Shown here in pieces: positions 37,601 to 51,085 of a DNA stretch of 64,000 bases. A program made the translations under genes and the position numbers. Numbering within the stretch: the stretch's first letter is position 1; each line of letters opens with the position of its first letter. Below the pieces are notes generated by a model. The model was not told the DNA's origin. It did no database searches and saw only the letters and a list, made by a program, of their open reading frames with translations. The stretch comes from Trichosphaerium sp. ATCC 40318. Taxonomy: Eukaryota > Protista > Tubulinea. Location: contig JALMLS010000225.1 of assembly GCA_038496445.1 (NCBI GenBank), positions 74,510 through 138,509 on the forward strand, given 5' to 3'.

Positions 37601-38769
37601 AACACAAAACAAATTTTCGTTGACAGCACTGCAATGAGCGATAAATTTGGCTCCCATTCAAAAAAGTAAACTAAAAACAAAAAGGAGGACTTTGTTTCGT
37701 TTTTAGAGTTTAATCATTGTTGTACGTACCCTGATTGGTTTTGGGAACCTAGGATGACGTGGTTGAGCTTTTAATCCAGCTGTTGATGTCTCTACAACTT
37801 AGGTTAGGTTCAAGTTCGACAAGCACTGAAAAAGAGCGTGGAAAAGTATCATTGAGCTTAACCGCAACATTTAAACAAGATTCGTTTGAGATGTACCTGA
37901 ACAATCTTCACCAAGGCAAGCACTGACACTATACTCAACTCCCGGTGTGTTACATACAACCGCAACCGAAAATTTAGATACTGGTGGCGCTGGAGACTAA
38001 AAAAAAATTTAGTTCACGTGATATTGCTATTTTCGGCTTGTTGGCGTTATTACGCCTTGGAAAAAGATTGATTGGTACGTACGTCGAGGAACAACTCGGC
38101 ATGTAGGGTTCTGTATTCACGGATACCCTCTGCAGTAAGATCTAGTAACTCCTCTCTAGAATTTGGTTTGATGTAGAGCTAAATAGAAGGCAAGGTTAGT
38201 CTTTAGCGAACTACGATGTCCAAGATACACTCCCACGGCAAAACGCAACGGAACTATAAATAAGACAGTATACTATACCTTGATGTCGGCATCTGGATCA
38301 GATATCTAAAGGGGAGAATGAGAACACAGGAGATTTAACGGGGTTGTTTGTGGTTTTTTTTTCAAAAAAAAAAGCTATTTTGTATTAAAACTAACTACGT
38401 ACCTCGTTTACAATCACGTGTACGTTTTCAGCGTATTGCATAAGCTCCGCGCGTGAGATCTTGAGATAATAGTAATGTGCGTTGGGTGATCCTTCTTCAA
38501 ATGTTCTGTGTACGAAAGTATCTGCACGAATAGTCCACATGTATTGAGGCCCATGACCTGAAAGAAAAAGTTAAAAAAAGTGAGTAGAGATTTGTTTGAG
38601 ATTTCAAGTTAGTAACGTCTGAACTGTCCAGTTACCGCCTATTGGCGAACAATTCGACAAGACAATAGTAGTTTATGTCTATTAAAGCAAAGATAAAGGA
38701 CGTACGGACTTTATCTTTAGCAGCCACAAGGCATACTAGTATTACCATACAAAATATAGCAAGCTTCAT
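34696..38769 (-). CDS. Large secreted protein with RTX/hemolysin-type GGxGxD repeats, multi-exon
   Basis: Signal peptide MKLAIFCMVILVCLVAA; discoidin-like exon (ITYDFG..VARYVRLDI); repeats GQGGND, GGADND, AAGGDD, GQEGDD, GGVGSD, TGEGDD, GGLGDD. Could be more than one gene. Confidence 0.62.
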
Positions 38770-39488
38770 TATCAGTAATCTGTAACCTTTTTGTAGTTTA
38801 TCTTTTGTGGTTACAGCGTGTTGTTTTGATATAAACTGGTGGAAAAATGAACCGTCATTAAGTCACGTGATTCACTTGGTGCGCTTTTATTAAGTGAATA
38901 AAATCTCCCTTCGACCACGATAATAAAGGTGAGGACAATATGACCTGATTGACAAGGAAGCCTGGTGAGTGTTAGTTGAACCTCCTTTCAAAAATCATAG
39001 AAGTGCAATAAAGAGAAATTGTTGTTGGTACATTTTCTGGTTTTCAGGTGATATTAAAGGCACTTGAGTATACATGGACGTGAGTATTGGATTGGGTAAA
39101 TTAATTAAGAACGATTTCATTTAAATCTTTGTGAACATGGCATTCTAGGCGGATTCGGAACTCCCAACAAAAGCACTTCTCAACAAATTTTTTTTATTTA
39201 CGCTTTGCGATCATAACACGTACAGACGTCCTACACAGTTAATCCAAAGCACGAAAGACAAAGGCCTTTGTTAGTTTTTATGCAGTAATAGCGCCACATT
39301 TTCTCGCTTTCACAAGACAAACGCGTCCCTTCACGAAACGTATGTTCAACGAATAAAGACAATACTTGCTGTTAATTAGATTGGCGACCATTACAGCCAA
39401 TAAGGGCATAATTTTATACCAGTACCCAACATCTCGAGGCAACACGTGATCTTGATGGTCACGCCTCACTCAGCGGTTTGAATGGTAA

Positions 39489-40876
39489 TCACGTGTATTT
39501 TTTTAAAAACAAAGTCACAGCCGTTACAAGTTTTTTGCATTCGGTTTCACCTTTGATATAGTGATCCGCGCTATCCAAGTATAGTATTTCTACCTCTGCA
39601 TTAATGTATTTCTTCATTCGGTGCGCATGAGCCTATTTTTCGTTATACACAAAAGAACCGGAGATAGCATGTTTGAAAAGGATTTCTAAAGGCGCTACAG
39701 TGTCCGTTGCGTACATGAACGTCTATATTATCTGGTACATATGAATCGCTGCCCGATACAATTTGTAAGCATGGTACATTTATATGGCCGAGGTTCGATG
39801 CTAGTTGAGCGTCTGTAAAGTCCCTGAAAGGATGTCAATGTGCAAAGAAAAGCAGATTATGAATCTCGTAGTACGAAGAAAATATATCGTCTTCAGTGTC
39901 ATTGCCAGAGATGCTAGCATAACGATACGCAGTGATTGGAGCTTCATCACATGCTCGAGGCATCAACTACGACAGTAAGGGAAATAATTCAAAAAAACTA
40001 CAAGTTCACTAAGAAACGTCTCACCTCGTCTCCTTTCCCTTCTTTAATCAGTTTAGAGGCTAACTCTTGGTACTGTTCTGTATCTGCTAGTGTTGCCATG
40101 TATTCTCTATCACTTATAGCGCCCTAAAACCCAGTAGTGTTAACGGCAAAACTAGTTTGAGGCAAAACGCCTTCACAATACTTGTAGGACCAATCCCTTT
40201 ATTTTTTTAGCGTAAATACCACCTTTGAGGTAAGTGACGACGTCTTGTGCTCCTGTGCTGTAAATAGAGTCGCGTTAGAAGGCAAACTGTATCTTTCTAC
40301 TTTTCTTTGTAAACGTTCGTCCGCAAACACGTGACAGGGGTTGAAACACGTGGGTAATTCATAAAATAGTATTGTTCTAAGAGTAGCATGTCGCATGAAA
40401 TTCCAAAGCACACGTGCCTGAACCCAAATAACACTATTGATTCTGATCCTTCGTTGTCTATTAGATACTTTACCAACTCATCTATTTCTTTGCAGTCTCT
40501 GTTTAGTTGGTAGTGTTGTGTGATTACATAGTCTATTGGGGACATACTTTTGTATGCTGGATGTGCCATAGCCAAGGTACGACGAAGATAATATCATTTG
40601 GACGAGAGAGAATTGATTTTTGTTCAATTCAACTGCAAGCGGTTCTAGATAGTCTGAAGCTAATTTACCAGTCAATTAATCGCGTTACGAGGTTATTAGC
40701 AAGCCTTTCCGTAAATACGCACCAAGAAAGCCATCTGTCAAACCAGGAATGTAAACGACATGCTTCTTAAACGTTCCTATGATAAACGCTGAAAGTTTCG
40801 CGTCATTGTAGCGAAAAAGGCGACCTGCAAAGATGTTAGGCCCGAAAGAACGAAAAATGGGTGGACTACCTTGCAT
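39489..40876 (-). CDS. DUF1749-type alpha/beta hydrolase, multi-exon
   Basis: VVYIPGLTDG, LSSSYLGYGTSS, DCKEIDELVKYL, nucleophile GFSTGAQD, GAISDRE, ADH. Confidence 0.8.
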
Positions 40877-41175
40877 CACGATGTGGTGGTAATAGCGCGC
40901 AGAAAATTTGAAGTCTCGAAGTGTCTAGACATTGCCACAGCGCGGTAAGTAACTACATACGACCAACTAAACATAAGAAACTGCTGTTTATGGCCTATAG
41001 ACATCATTAAGCGAGCTCATCGGAAAATACGCTATTCGAGCTGCAATTACGTTGATTGGTTGCTCTGGGCGTAGCGAATGAAATGTTGACACATTGCAAT
41101 GGACCGTTTTGTGACATTTTCCAACAAGAGCTCGTTTAAGTTAGCGCCAGTACACTATTTCAAACTGTAAACGCT

Positions 41176-42595
41176 ATGGGCAACACAACAAGCAACCTAC
41201 CAGGCGTATCAGCTGAAGATGCTTTGCGCGTTAGAGCCAATTACAAGAAACGCCTCGCGCAAACCTTCAACGTATCTGAGGATGCAGTTTCAGATGCTAA
41301 AGGCGACAACACATCATTAGGGATCGTAGTTCGAATAAACGAAGACGCGGCAAAAGCGCTATCCGAACAAACAGGGCTAAAAATCGTTCCACATTATGTC
41401 ATAGTATCTCATGGAGTGGCTCCTAAAACTGGAAACGAAATAGTAGCTCACATGGATTGTACTGAGGAAGAACTAGCCAAAGTAATTCCAAAAGTGCGTT
41501 ACTTGGTAGCACTCGCGTAGACATCACTGACGTTACTTTGCAATTTAGGTGTTATCCGATTTTGCGCTATTTCGTTCTATGCAAGAAAGTACAATTTTTA
41601 AGCCTAACGAGAGTGCTCAGTGCATGGCCTATGCTCCAGCGACATACCCAGAATCAGGGGATAAGGGAGTTATGATTTTACCCCAGCCTATCCTTACTGG
41701 AAGCGAGGGAGAAGGCTTTTTTAATGAAGCAGATTATTGGCCACGTCAATTCTTGACAGTCCATTTTCTCCGCGCTACAGAGTACAACGCTTTGAGATGT
41801 AGTGTATCAGTACTAGCTGATATCATAGCCGAGACGAATCCACTTCTTATGAATTCTCCAACAAGATCTCACTACCTCAAGGACGAGCCAATTAAGACAA
41901 AGTTTGAGGAAGCAAGAGAAGCAGCTCCAGTAACCCACATGTCCGATGGTCTTACTATGGATTTAGCTGTTAGAAAGGATAAAGAAGGTGGGTGGATACT
42001 TAATGTTGTCACTAGCGGTCGTTGTATGGCACATATCTTGTTGCCGCTTGAACAAGCTTTTGACAAGAAAAAAGTACCTACTGGATCCAGGGTTGGCGCT
42101 TCAGCCGAAGGAGGAGCAAATATTGTAATGTTCCATTGTCATGACAATGAAGGCGTAGAGATTACTCCTGAGACGGCGCACTTTATAGTAGAGCCTTTAG
42201 GGTACTCCAATGACGGAGGTAAAAGCTTAATGAAGGACTTGGATGACGATCTTGCGAAGAAATACTCTGTTCTTCCACCAGGCGAGTTGTATACTGCACA
42301 CAAGATGATTAGAATGCTTCGTGTTCATGTTTATGCTCCAGCACAGATGTTGGCTCGTATGGTACTTGATGTTCGTACTGCTGTATCTTCAAGGAGCCCT
42401 GACTGGGACTCGAAGCCTCTTGTTATGAATTGGGATGATTTATTCAAAGGTGTGGATCCTAGGACAGGGTTTAAGGATGATGTTGTGCCTCAGACAAAAC
42501 CTTCAAAGTTTCGATTTTGTTGTGGCGGTATGAATTATTTTCAAGATCAAGTTTATATAAACTCTGAAGGTGAATTTTGTGGCCTTTCCGAATGA
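41176..42595 (+). CDS. Hypothetical protein, ~454 aa, 2 exons, N-myristoylation motif
   Basis: MGNTTS start; GT-AG intron 41494-41548 joins two long ORFs in frame. Confidence 0.75.
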
Positions 42596-42679
42596 TTTTT
42601 GTTCAAACCAATAAAAATAATATTATTTTTAATCAAATCACGTGTGTTTTTTTAGAGACTGAGTGAAAGTACTATGCGA

Positions 42680-42780
42680 CTGTGTGCTAGGATCAATGAA
42701 GGTCTTAAGTTTCTTGCTGGAGTTCGTACAACTGCTGTAATTATAAAATGAAATCACTTGCTGGAGTACATGCCATTTCA
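42680..42780 (+). pseudogene. Remnant of the GVHTI-type LRR family
   Basis: EGLKFLAGVRT and MKSLAGVHAI in broken frames. Confidence 0.4.
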
Positions 42781-42895
42781 TGAGATTCTGCAGTTTTTGG
42801 TATGTGACATTTTAGACTATGCGAAATGAGTTGGAAGTCAGTTGGATATATCTTTATTTGTTTCAATCAGGTACTTTTGAATAAAGAAGTCACAG

Positions 42896-43998
42896 TTACC
42901 AATATGTTTGTGGTCTTTTTTCACGATATGCTTTGAAACGTTTATCGAGTGCTACCCTTTGATAAAGCCTTAAAACCTTTGCAACCGTCCTGAAAACTGG
43001 TACCTTGCTTTTTTTAGATTCGGCAGTTCATTTGTCATGGCACAGTCCGTGTCAAAGTCATCAGTAAACCTAGCAAATATAATATCAACTAAGCATATTT
43101 TATCACCAAGCAAGTAAGTTCCCTTGATAGGCAAGTCAACAAACAATCAACTGTCCAACAAAAAATCAAATGAAAAGACATGTCCACAGTTTAACAAGCT
43201 TTGGAAGCACAAGGTACTTGTTATCTTCAAAATTCTACTATGGACACTAACCAAAAAGTATCAGGTACATGTATCATACCTGATTTTGGGCGTAGTATCT
43301 TTCAATGACTTCAAGCTTGCTCGGTATAGTTTTCATAAACTCGCCAACTTTAGCATACATCTCATCTTCTCTGCTATTCTTTGTTACATGTGTATACATT
43401 TCAAATATATCATTGAAGTAAGCAGCTAATATTAAAGTTAGATATTATGGGAGAGGTGTAAAAGAGACAAATGTACAAAAAAAGATGATGAAAAATAAAA
43501 AAAGGTGTCGCAGCACGTGCATAATTGGTCGATGAGAATACCATCAGCGTTTGATTCTCCATAAAACCCGAATTCTCTAGCAAGGAAACGAAATATTGCT
43601 GTCGATTCAGCATAGAGAGCAACTACTACAAATTATGTTAAGAGATCTAGGTACTCATCTTTTGGGACTTTGGTTGAGCAATGGGTTTACCTGTATTCTC
43701 GGTTTTGACTTCAAGTGTTGGTAGTTTACCGAAGGGAGTATGAGGTTTGAATGTCTTCCATTGTTCTTCAGTAAGGCGTTCATCATTAAACTCTACAACA
43801 ACGTCAAAAACAACAGTCTCCTAATACTAAGCCTTGTTTTAATGGTTGCTAACATTGTAACACAAGTTTAAATACATCTGCGCTTGTACATTGGTAATTT
43901 AAGGGTGATATTGTACCTTTATTGGCTGCAGCGAAGATATATCTTGCTATCTCTGCACGTCTGCGTATGTTAAAGTAAGAGAGCTTATAAGATGTCAT
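42896..43998 (-). CDS. Glutathione S-transferase (sigma-like), multi-exon
   Basis: YKLSYFNIRRRAEIARYIF, TPFGKLPTLE, AESTAIFRFLAR, YLLGDKICLVD. Confidence 0.88.
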
Positions 43999-44261
43999 GT
44001 TGGGTTCAGTTTGATGCTGTACAAAGCAGCAAGTTAAGTTCAGAAAAGTTGACACTTTTTCTCCCGTTGTACCCATCAGTCAAGCTAAACAGTGGGTCGA
44101 CTCTTGGCCGCAGAATTTTAAAATGCAATTCGCCTGGATGTTTAACTTGCATGATACACGATAAGATCAAGGCAATTTATTCCTGTTTTTTTCTCTTTAA
44201 AGGATAATGTCAATGTTTAACGCTTTGACCAGCGCCTGTATTACAAAGAACACAACTACAA

Positions 44262-45197
44262 TCACCACTCAGAAATGATTCTGTTTACTTTAACCCCTTC
44301 CATAGCTTCCGTTGTAATATCACTCCATGTACCCGTAATGTCAAGCGTTTTTAGAGATGTCAAGTGTTTCAAACAAGCATCTGTGAGGTCAGGACATTCA
44401 TGAACAAGAAAGTACTCAACATTGACCATGTGCTTTAAATGATCATCTGTAATATCACAATAATAAAGGCGAAGTGCTGTAAGATTACTCAATTGTTTAA
44501 ACCCTGATTCTGATATCATACAGCAAGAATCAAGTGCCAGGTGCTTGACACGTGTCAATAATTTCAATCCGTCATCTGTCAATACCATGTCATGGTCACA
44601 ACTTCCAACTGTATTACTATCTTCAAGATACTGAAGCCATTCAAGTTTCAGGCCTTCAAGAGTGATGCTGTGTACACCTTTGAGTGTTTTTATTCCTTCA
44701 GAAGTAAAGTTATTACTATGTCGAATCGTAATTGTGTGTACACCCTTAAGAGCCTTTAACGAAGCATCTGCTAAATGTTTATATCCATTTATTAAGTCAA
44801 GTATGCTTATAGCTCTAGGAAGGTTGTCAAGAACACTATCAGCTGTGATTACACTCCTTCCAAGGTTCAATGTACGAATACCAGCAAGACAAGCAACATC
44901 AGTATTGGATAATAATAAAGAGCCACAATCAATTGTTGTATTCTTCAGTAATGGGTGGCCTTTCAGACCATGACAATCAAAGCGATCCTTCAATTTTATA
45001 CAAACAAAGCCGACATTGTAATAGATAATGTCATTGAACAGTTCAGAGACTTCAGATACTGTAAATCGTGATTTTCTGTCTAAATACCGTAGAATATGTG
45101 TTATTATCTCTGGTGGGAATGATGTAAGCTCGTTAACATGCAAACATTGCGAAGTAATTGCTTTGGTGGGTTTCTTCCGCTTTTTTGCGTTCTGCAT
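44262..45197 (-). CDS. F-box/leucine-rich repeat protein, intronless
   Basis: LTSFPPEIITHILRYLD F-box; LKGVHTI / ITDDHLKH repeats. Confidence 0.85.
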   Translation of the reverse strand: MQNAKKRKKPTKAITSQCLHVNELTSFPPEIITHILRYLDRKSRFTVSEVSELFNDIIYYNVGFVCIKLKDRFDCHGLKGHPLLKNTTIDCGSLLLSNTDVACLAGIRTLNLGRSVITADSVLDNLPRAISILDLINGYKHLADASLKALKGVHTITIRHSNNFTSEGIKTLKGVHSITLEGLKLEWLQYLEDSNTVGSCDHDMVLTDDGLKLLTRVKHLALDSCCMISESGFKQLSNLTALRLYYCDITDDHLKHMVNVEYFLVHECPDLTDACLKHLTSLKTLDITGTWSDITTEAMEGVKVNRIISEW

Positions 45198-45442
45198 TCT
45201 TATTTTGCTTGTAGTTGTATGTGTTGGACAGTCAATCTATGTTTTAACGTATTTGACCATATTTTATGTTTGACTGTTGAGCACCGGTGATTGAAAATAT
45301 CAGCCAAAATCTGTTTTGATTTTTAACTAACGTACTGTTCCCTTTAGGTCAATTTCTCAGTCGCAACGAACACAGGTGGTAGTAGCTTGTTGTCAGAACA
45401 GAATTTGGTATAGGAGAATTTAGGTTGGTTTATTGCAACAAC

Positions 45443-46682
45443 TCAGTTGGCCCAGTTAATGTCACCTGAGTTTGTTTTCGTATTCCAGGTGACAGATGTT
45501 CCTGAAGCGAATTTACGAGTGTAAACATCTCCTTCAACTGTCGCTGGACCAAGTGGATTTCCAAGAGGCTTTTCAAATTGAGGATCCCATCCGTCACAGC
45601 CCAGAATACATCCTTCTTCAACTGCAAGTAAGAATAAAATGATGTCTCTTTGAGTACAAGTAGACTCTGTTGTTGGTGGTTGATTCGTTGCGTGATCGTG
45701 TACCATGAAGTATACGTAAAGTGCGCCACTTTTGAAAGCATTTTGGACATCATTTATAATCGTAGACGGAGAGCGCTTACCTACGTGTGTCACCTCCGCT
45801 GTTGTATTGTGAAAAATAAAACCTTCCTTTCCGAATAGCTCATAAATCCCATCCATCAAGAGTTCCTTTCCTTCGTTGTAAGCATTCGCATCAGCTTCTG
45901 ATATCTCTCCACATGATATATCCCATGTCTTACCATTGTTGTATTCGCAGAGCTGCCTAAGATTATGACGTCAACAAGGATGGTACCAAATCAACTGATA
46001 CATGTTGAAAAAATAAAAAGAAGAAGCAAAAGAAAAGAACCTGGAAAGTTCAGAAGAAGATTTCACCACGCCATAACACATACCAAATATTTGACGACTT
46101 GTTGTATTGTGCCCGAATGGTAGCCTTGTCAGGGAAAACACCATCGACTTTTTTATCAGCCAAAAACTTTAACCACATATCACGTGTCTTTTTCTTCCCT
46201 TGATCGAATGCGTTTATGCCAGGCATACCGTTGTCATTTTTAATGGTTAATAATTTACCATCAGTCTTAACGACATCTGCACCAATAGCCAATGCCTGTT
46301 CGTGTAAACTTATGAATCCAAAGTCGTACAACGTGTTTAAATAGAAAACAACGGATAACTTTGGATTAATTGCCCGTGCTGCGTTAATGGTACTCTCTTG
46401 GTATTTGTCGGCACCGCAAGACGCTTGACAAGGCAGTGGTGGCTTTTTTGTCGCATTGGCAAGACATTCGTCCCAACAAGGTCCTTCCCACTTTTCTATC
46501 ACTATCATACGCATTTTAGCGAGCATTTCAAGGTTTTCTTGAGATCTGTGGCTCGAGTTCTGACCACCGAAGTAACCAACAGGTATCGTGGATAAAGAAA
46601 CATCTGGCGGCACTATACATACCACGTGGATGACGAATAAAGCGACAAGTATCCCAGCAATTCTGTTTGTTTGTTGTAACAT
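45443..46682 (-). CDS. Secreted putative glycoside hydrolase (GHL15-like), 2 exons
   Basis: Signal peptide; ARAINPKLSVVFYLN, DGVFPD, PLGNPLGPA..GDVYTRKFASGT; one GT-AG intron. Confidence 0.6.
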
Positions 46683-47109
46683 TTGTGTAAACTAAGAACA
46701 GTATTTCGAACTAATTTGACGGTTTTTTGGCTCGTTTTGTACATCATCATAGAGACTTTAAATTATGCTATTATGATCCGTCTCAAAAAACCACGTTACT
46801 GGTTGTAATACTGTACAATCGAAGAGACCTATAGCTGTAGGCTCACCTCACATGTAATATTTTACACGTAAGATGACATTGCAGTAGTTTAAAAACTAAC
46901 ACGGGTCTACTTCTAAATAAGGAAAGTGACCCGAGAATCCAAATACCATCAACTCAAACTAGAATAATAAAAATAGAGCTGAGCATTGCACGAATATTCT
47001 TAATATGGTTAGTAGACATTAATGGTTTACCGAGGAATGATTTCTAAATGGAGAATCAAATCTTAATTGTTGCTTGTTTCATCACAAATCAAAATCAAAA
47101 ACAACAACA

Positions 47110-47884
47110 ATGACAACAGCAAATGATAAACTCGGATGTACTCCAAATCTCACTTACATTCAACTTGGTAAACTTGGAGGACATGGTGGTCCAGTCAGGT
47201 AGTCCAATCTAGTACAACGACCCAAACTCAAGCTAAAAACCTGTTTAGGTTCTTCATGTTATTGAACGGCATCAAGTTTATTGAAGAGATTATTGACTTT
47301 CCAAGCGATTGGCCTGAAAAAAAGAAGGAGATAATCAATAGTGGATTAAATCCTTTTGGCGGTGTTCCAATATTGCACTTAAATGGTAAGGATAACTCTT
47401 TCGTGTTTAAACAATCTAAGAAAATGATGAGGTCTTAACATGTGCGAACATGTACCAATGATAAGATACATGGCAAAGAAACTTGGTAAATACAGTGTTG
47501 ATGATATCAAAGACTATCATACTGATAGGGCTGCATCTGCATACATTTCTTATCGTGATGCTTGGGTACCTGTTGTGTTGGCAGGAGGAGATAAGCAAAA
47601 GTTTGGTGAATATCAAAAAACACAACTCAAAGCTTTTGACACCATTTTGGGTCAAACTGAGGGTGATTACTTCTCAGGTACAACATACATTGGTTATTGT
47701 TCAATGTTAACTTTCTTGCACAGGTAAAGAAGTTTCTTTCGCTGACATCTTGGTTGCATCAATGATAAGAGATGTGTCTTTGACTGTTCCTGATTCTCTT
47801 GACCTCAAACCTGTACCTCGTTTGAGCAAGATGTACAATGCTGTTATTTCTCTTGGTCCTATCAAGCAATGGATTGACGCCTAA
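47110..47884 (+). CDS. Glutathione S-transferase, multi-exon
   Basis: LTYIQLGKLGGHGGPVR, NPFGGVPIL, EHVPMIRYMAKKLG, YFSGKEVSFAD. Confidence 0.82.
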
Positions 47885-48096
47885 ATGCCTCTGCACAAAT
47901 AAAGTATCAGCTTTTCAAATAGCGTTGTATGTTGGCTGTTCTCATGAACGTTCTACAAAAAGACTTACACTTGATGCTCATTGTTATACCAAAATTTGCT
48001 TCGTCCAGTTCTATTACCATTAATCACTTGTTCCTTAAGTATATTAATCATGGCACATAGGGCTAAATTATTGTCAACTCTGTGAGTTAGCGCTCT

Positions 48097-49111
48097 TTAT
48101 TCTGCTATGTACAATTCTAATCCTTCTAACACATGTGACAGATTAATTTGGTTTTTAACAACTTCAAAAGACGATTCATGTTCTGGGAAGTAGCGCTTCA
48201 AAAATACTTGAGCAACTTCCAAAGAGCACACTTGTACAACGATATTACTAAAGAAGCTCTCATTACACTTTACAAGACGAACAAGTGGAGGATTGTCAGT
48301 TGCACCGTCTGATTTGAAAGTAATGATGAAATCATTGCCTTCTTTTTTCGCTTGGTTACCAGTTAGCAAAGACCATTGCTTTGCTGCTTTATCCATATCA
48401 GATACTTTGAATACTAGCTCTTTAACACGTAGTATTCCAAGCGGGCCACCATTATTATCCTTAATCTTCTGTCCATCAGCCGCCCAAGCACGTTTGACGT
48501 CATGGGCGTATTCCAAAGTGCTAATAATCTGAGAAGATGAATGTCCTTCAACGCCAGTAACTAAATCACATTCATAAGCGGGACCACCGAAGTCTGGTGG
48601 ATACACCAAGTTCCTAGGAGGAATGGTTAAAGGAAATAAAAGCGAGAATATGTTGTACTTGTTTTCTTTGATCATAGTTTCAAACAGTTCTTTTGGTACT
48701 GTTATTTTCATCGTTTCTTTAATAGTAACGCCTTCTCCTACTGTTAAGTCACCTTCATCAGGCATGGTTTTAGTATTGAGGGCAAATATCACATTCCAAT
48801 ACTCCGCACCAACAGCTGGTTTTCCTGTAACTTTGTGACTAAGAAAAAACAAAGAAACAAAAGTTTAGATAAATTTAACGACTTGTACCTGGTGTTGGAT
48901 TTAGTGGATTGTCTGGTAGTAAGTATACTGGCTGAATATTCATATTTCCCAAGAATATCAAACCAACTTCGTATCCAAGAGCAGGAGAGCCTTTGTATTC
49001 CCACATTGCTGGTAGACCGAAAATATACTTAAGTGTCCTGAATATCGACGGTGCTTTGGCTTTTGAGCATAAAGGTGCAACAATAGAAGGTCTGTAGAGA
49101 TATGTTGTCAT
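48097..49111 (-). CDS. VOC/glyoxalase-like fold protein, 2 exons
   Basis: FGLPAMWE..LGNMNIQ and GPLGILRVKELVFKVSDMDKAAKQW..L resemble VOC modules; one intron near 48830-48886. Confidence 0.5.
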
Positions 49112-50841
49112 GGTGTTGTATAAACGTTACCAATGTGGAATGATTAAGTGAGTGCACAACAAAACGTGCACGGCATGAATTGTAATATTCCACTATGGAG
49201 CACTTTGTATCGCTGTTTTGAATATAGAAACATGCCCTTCATGTTGTTCAATAGCCTATGTTTATTCAAATCCACAACGGAGCTCCGGAATAACAATATC
49301 ACCGATCGGGCAATCTTATGTCACCCAGGATTGAAACATGTAGATGCTGACAGAAACTACCTCAACGCAACCACCCAGCATCACCCTGTCAAGAGAAAGA
49401 CCTATCCTTTGGATGACCTAAAATCATGTGACTCTAACTTTGTTTTTTCAATAAGAATTTGACAATTTATTATTTAAAACCAATGTTTCATCGCTGGGTA
49501 TGAAGTCAAAGTCGACACATAACAACTAAAAGCATATGGTTGAAGCCATAGGCTAGAATAACTTGCTTCGTGTAAGTAATAAAAGTCAGCTCCATAAGGT
49601 GGTTTAGTGGCGACTAATTTCCCCCCTTTACATTTGTACCAATTGGTATAATAACCGACAATCAAGCCTTCAAACTGTTCAAATATTCCTTGGAATCTTC
49701 GAAACTGGACTTTATCCACAAAGATAAACTCTGCAGTCTTACATATTGCTCTTATTCCAACTTCAGTTATGGACTTGTTCTCAGAAATGTCAATCGAGTT
49801 TATGCCAGAAAATGAACACAACACTTCATCATTCACCGTTGGATCACGTCCGTCAAAGTTCTTCACATCAGATATGTATTCAAATCCTTTGTTTGTCACA
49901 CCTGAAAAGCCTCTATATTTCTCTACTATCAGTAAGTTCTTTACGCCTGATAAGGCTTTCAGAGTATTATCTGTTACACCAGTTATTGCATTTAACCCAA
50001 CTTCAGTCAATTGAAGTGAATTGTAGTTGCTATAAAAAATCAAATGCCTAATACCTGCCAAGTGTTTAAGTCCTTTGTCTGTTATCTTCATTCCATTTAA
50101 AGACAGACACGTGACTCCTGAAAGATGAGAAAGAGTATCATCTGATATTTCAAAGTCTACACATGGTAAAAATACAGTATCTGCTCCAGCAAGGTGCTGA
50201 ATGGCGTTCTCAGAAACCGTAGAGTCATCTAAAGCAATTGTATGAACACCTTTAAGTAGCTTCACACTTTCATTAATACGCGTATTATTCAGTAAGATAG
50301 TGTGAACACCAACAAGTGCTCGTACTCCCTTATCTGTCACTGAAGTGTCACTTAGATCTATCGCATAAACTCCAGTAAGTGCTGCAATACCTTCGTCTGT
50401 AATATTCTTACAAGCATTCAGGTCTATTGTGCGAATACCAGCGAGAAGTTTTAGATCATCATCATTAACCTTGGTACAAGAAAGATCAATTTTACGGACA
50501 TTATACAAAGCCAGCAGTCCGAGTGTAGTCACATTAGTATGCGGAAGGATAAGTTCTCTCACTGAGCCACAATGTTGAAGAATGACATCTGTGGGATCTT
50601 CTCGCTTGAAAATCATTCTAGAATTTGAAATGATAATACCAGACTTCTTCATATCATGTATGTTCACGCCTGTTGGATAAAGGTATTTGTACCCAACGAG
50701 GTCATACAGAACACTCTTCCATATCTTACAAGTCAAAGAGACTGCACAACGTGACTTGTCATGAAGAAATGACAAGATGAGAAATAAAACATCAGCTATT
50801 AGCTTGCTAAAGAGAGGTTCATGCTTCAGAAGTGGTCGTTT

Positions 50842-50982
50842 TGTAAGAACGTAATTTAACCTATCTCCGTAATCTCGGAGATTGGTTCCCTTGTATCTTA
50901 TATCACCCGGAGATCACTATCTCACGGGAATAAACAAGTTAACAGCTCCTCTCTCGTACTCTTTGGATATAAACCTCCCACA
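50842..50982 (+). repeat. 5' LTR, 141 bp
   Basis: Identical to 56967-57107 by eye. Confidence 0.96.
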
Positions 50983-50987
50983 TAATT

Positions 50988-51005
50988 TGGCGATACGATC
51001 TGGAT
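50988..51005 (+). promoter_or_regulatory. Primer binding site
   Basis: TGGCGATACGATCTGGAT; reverse complement has the layout of a tRNA 3' end (AT-CCAGA-TCGTATC-G-CCA). tRNA identity not assigned. Confidence 0.75.
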
Positions 51006-51085
51006 TTATTTACCTGCGTTAAATTTCTTTTCTTTTTTCTTTGGCGATAGATATTACACTAAACACTTGACTGGATACTAAAACT

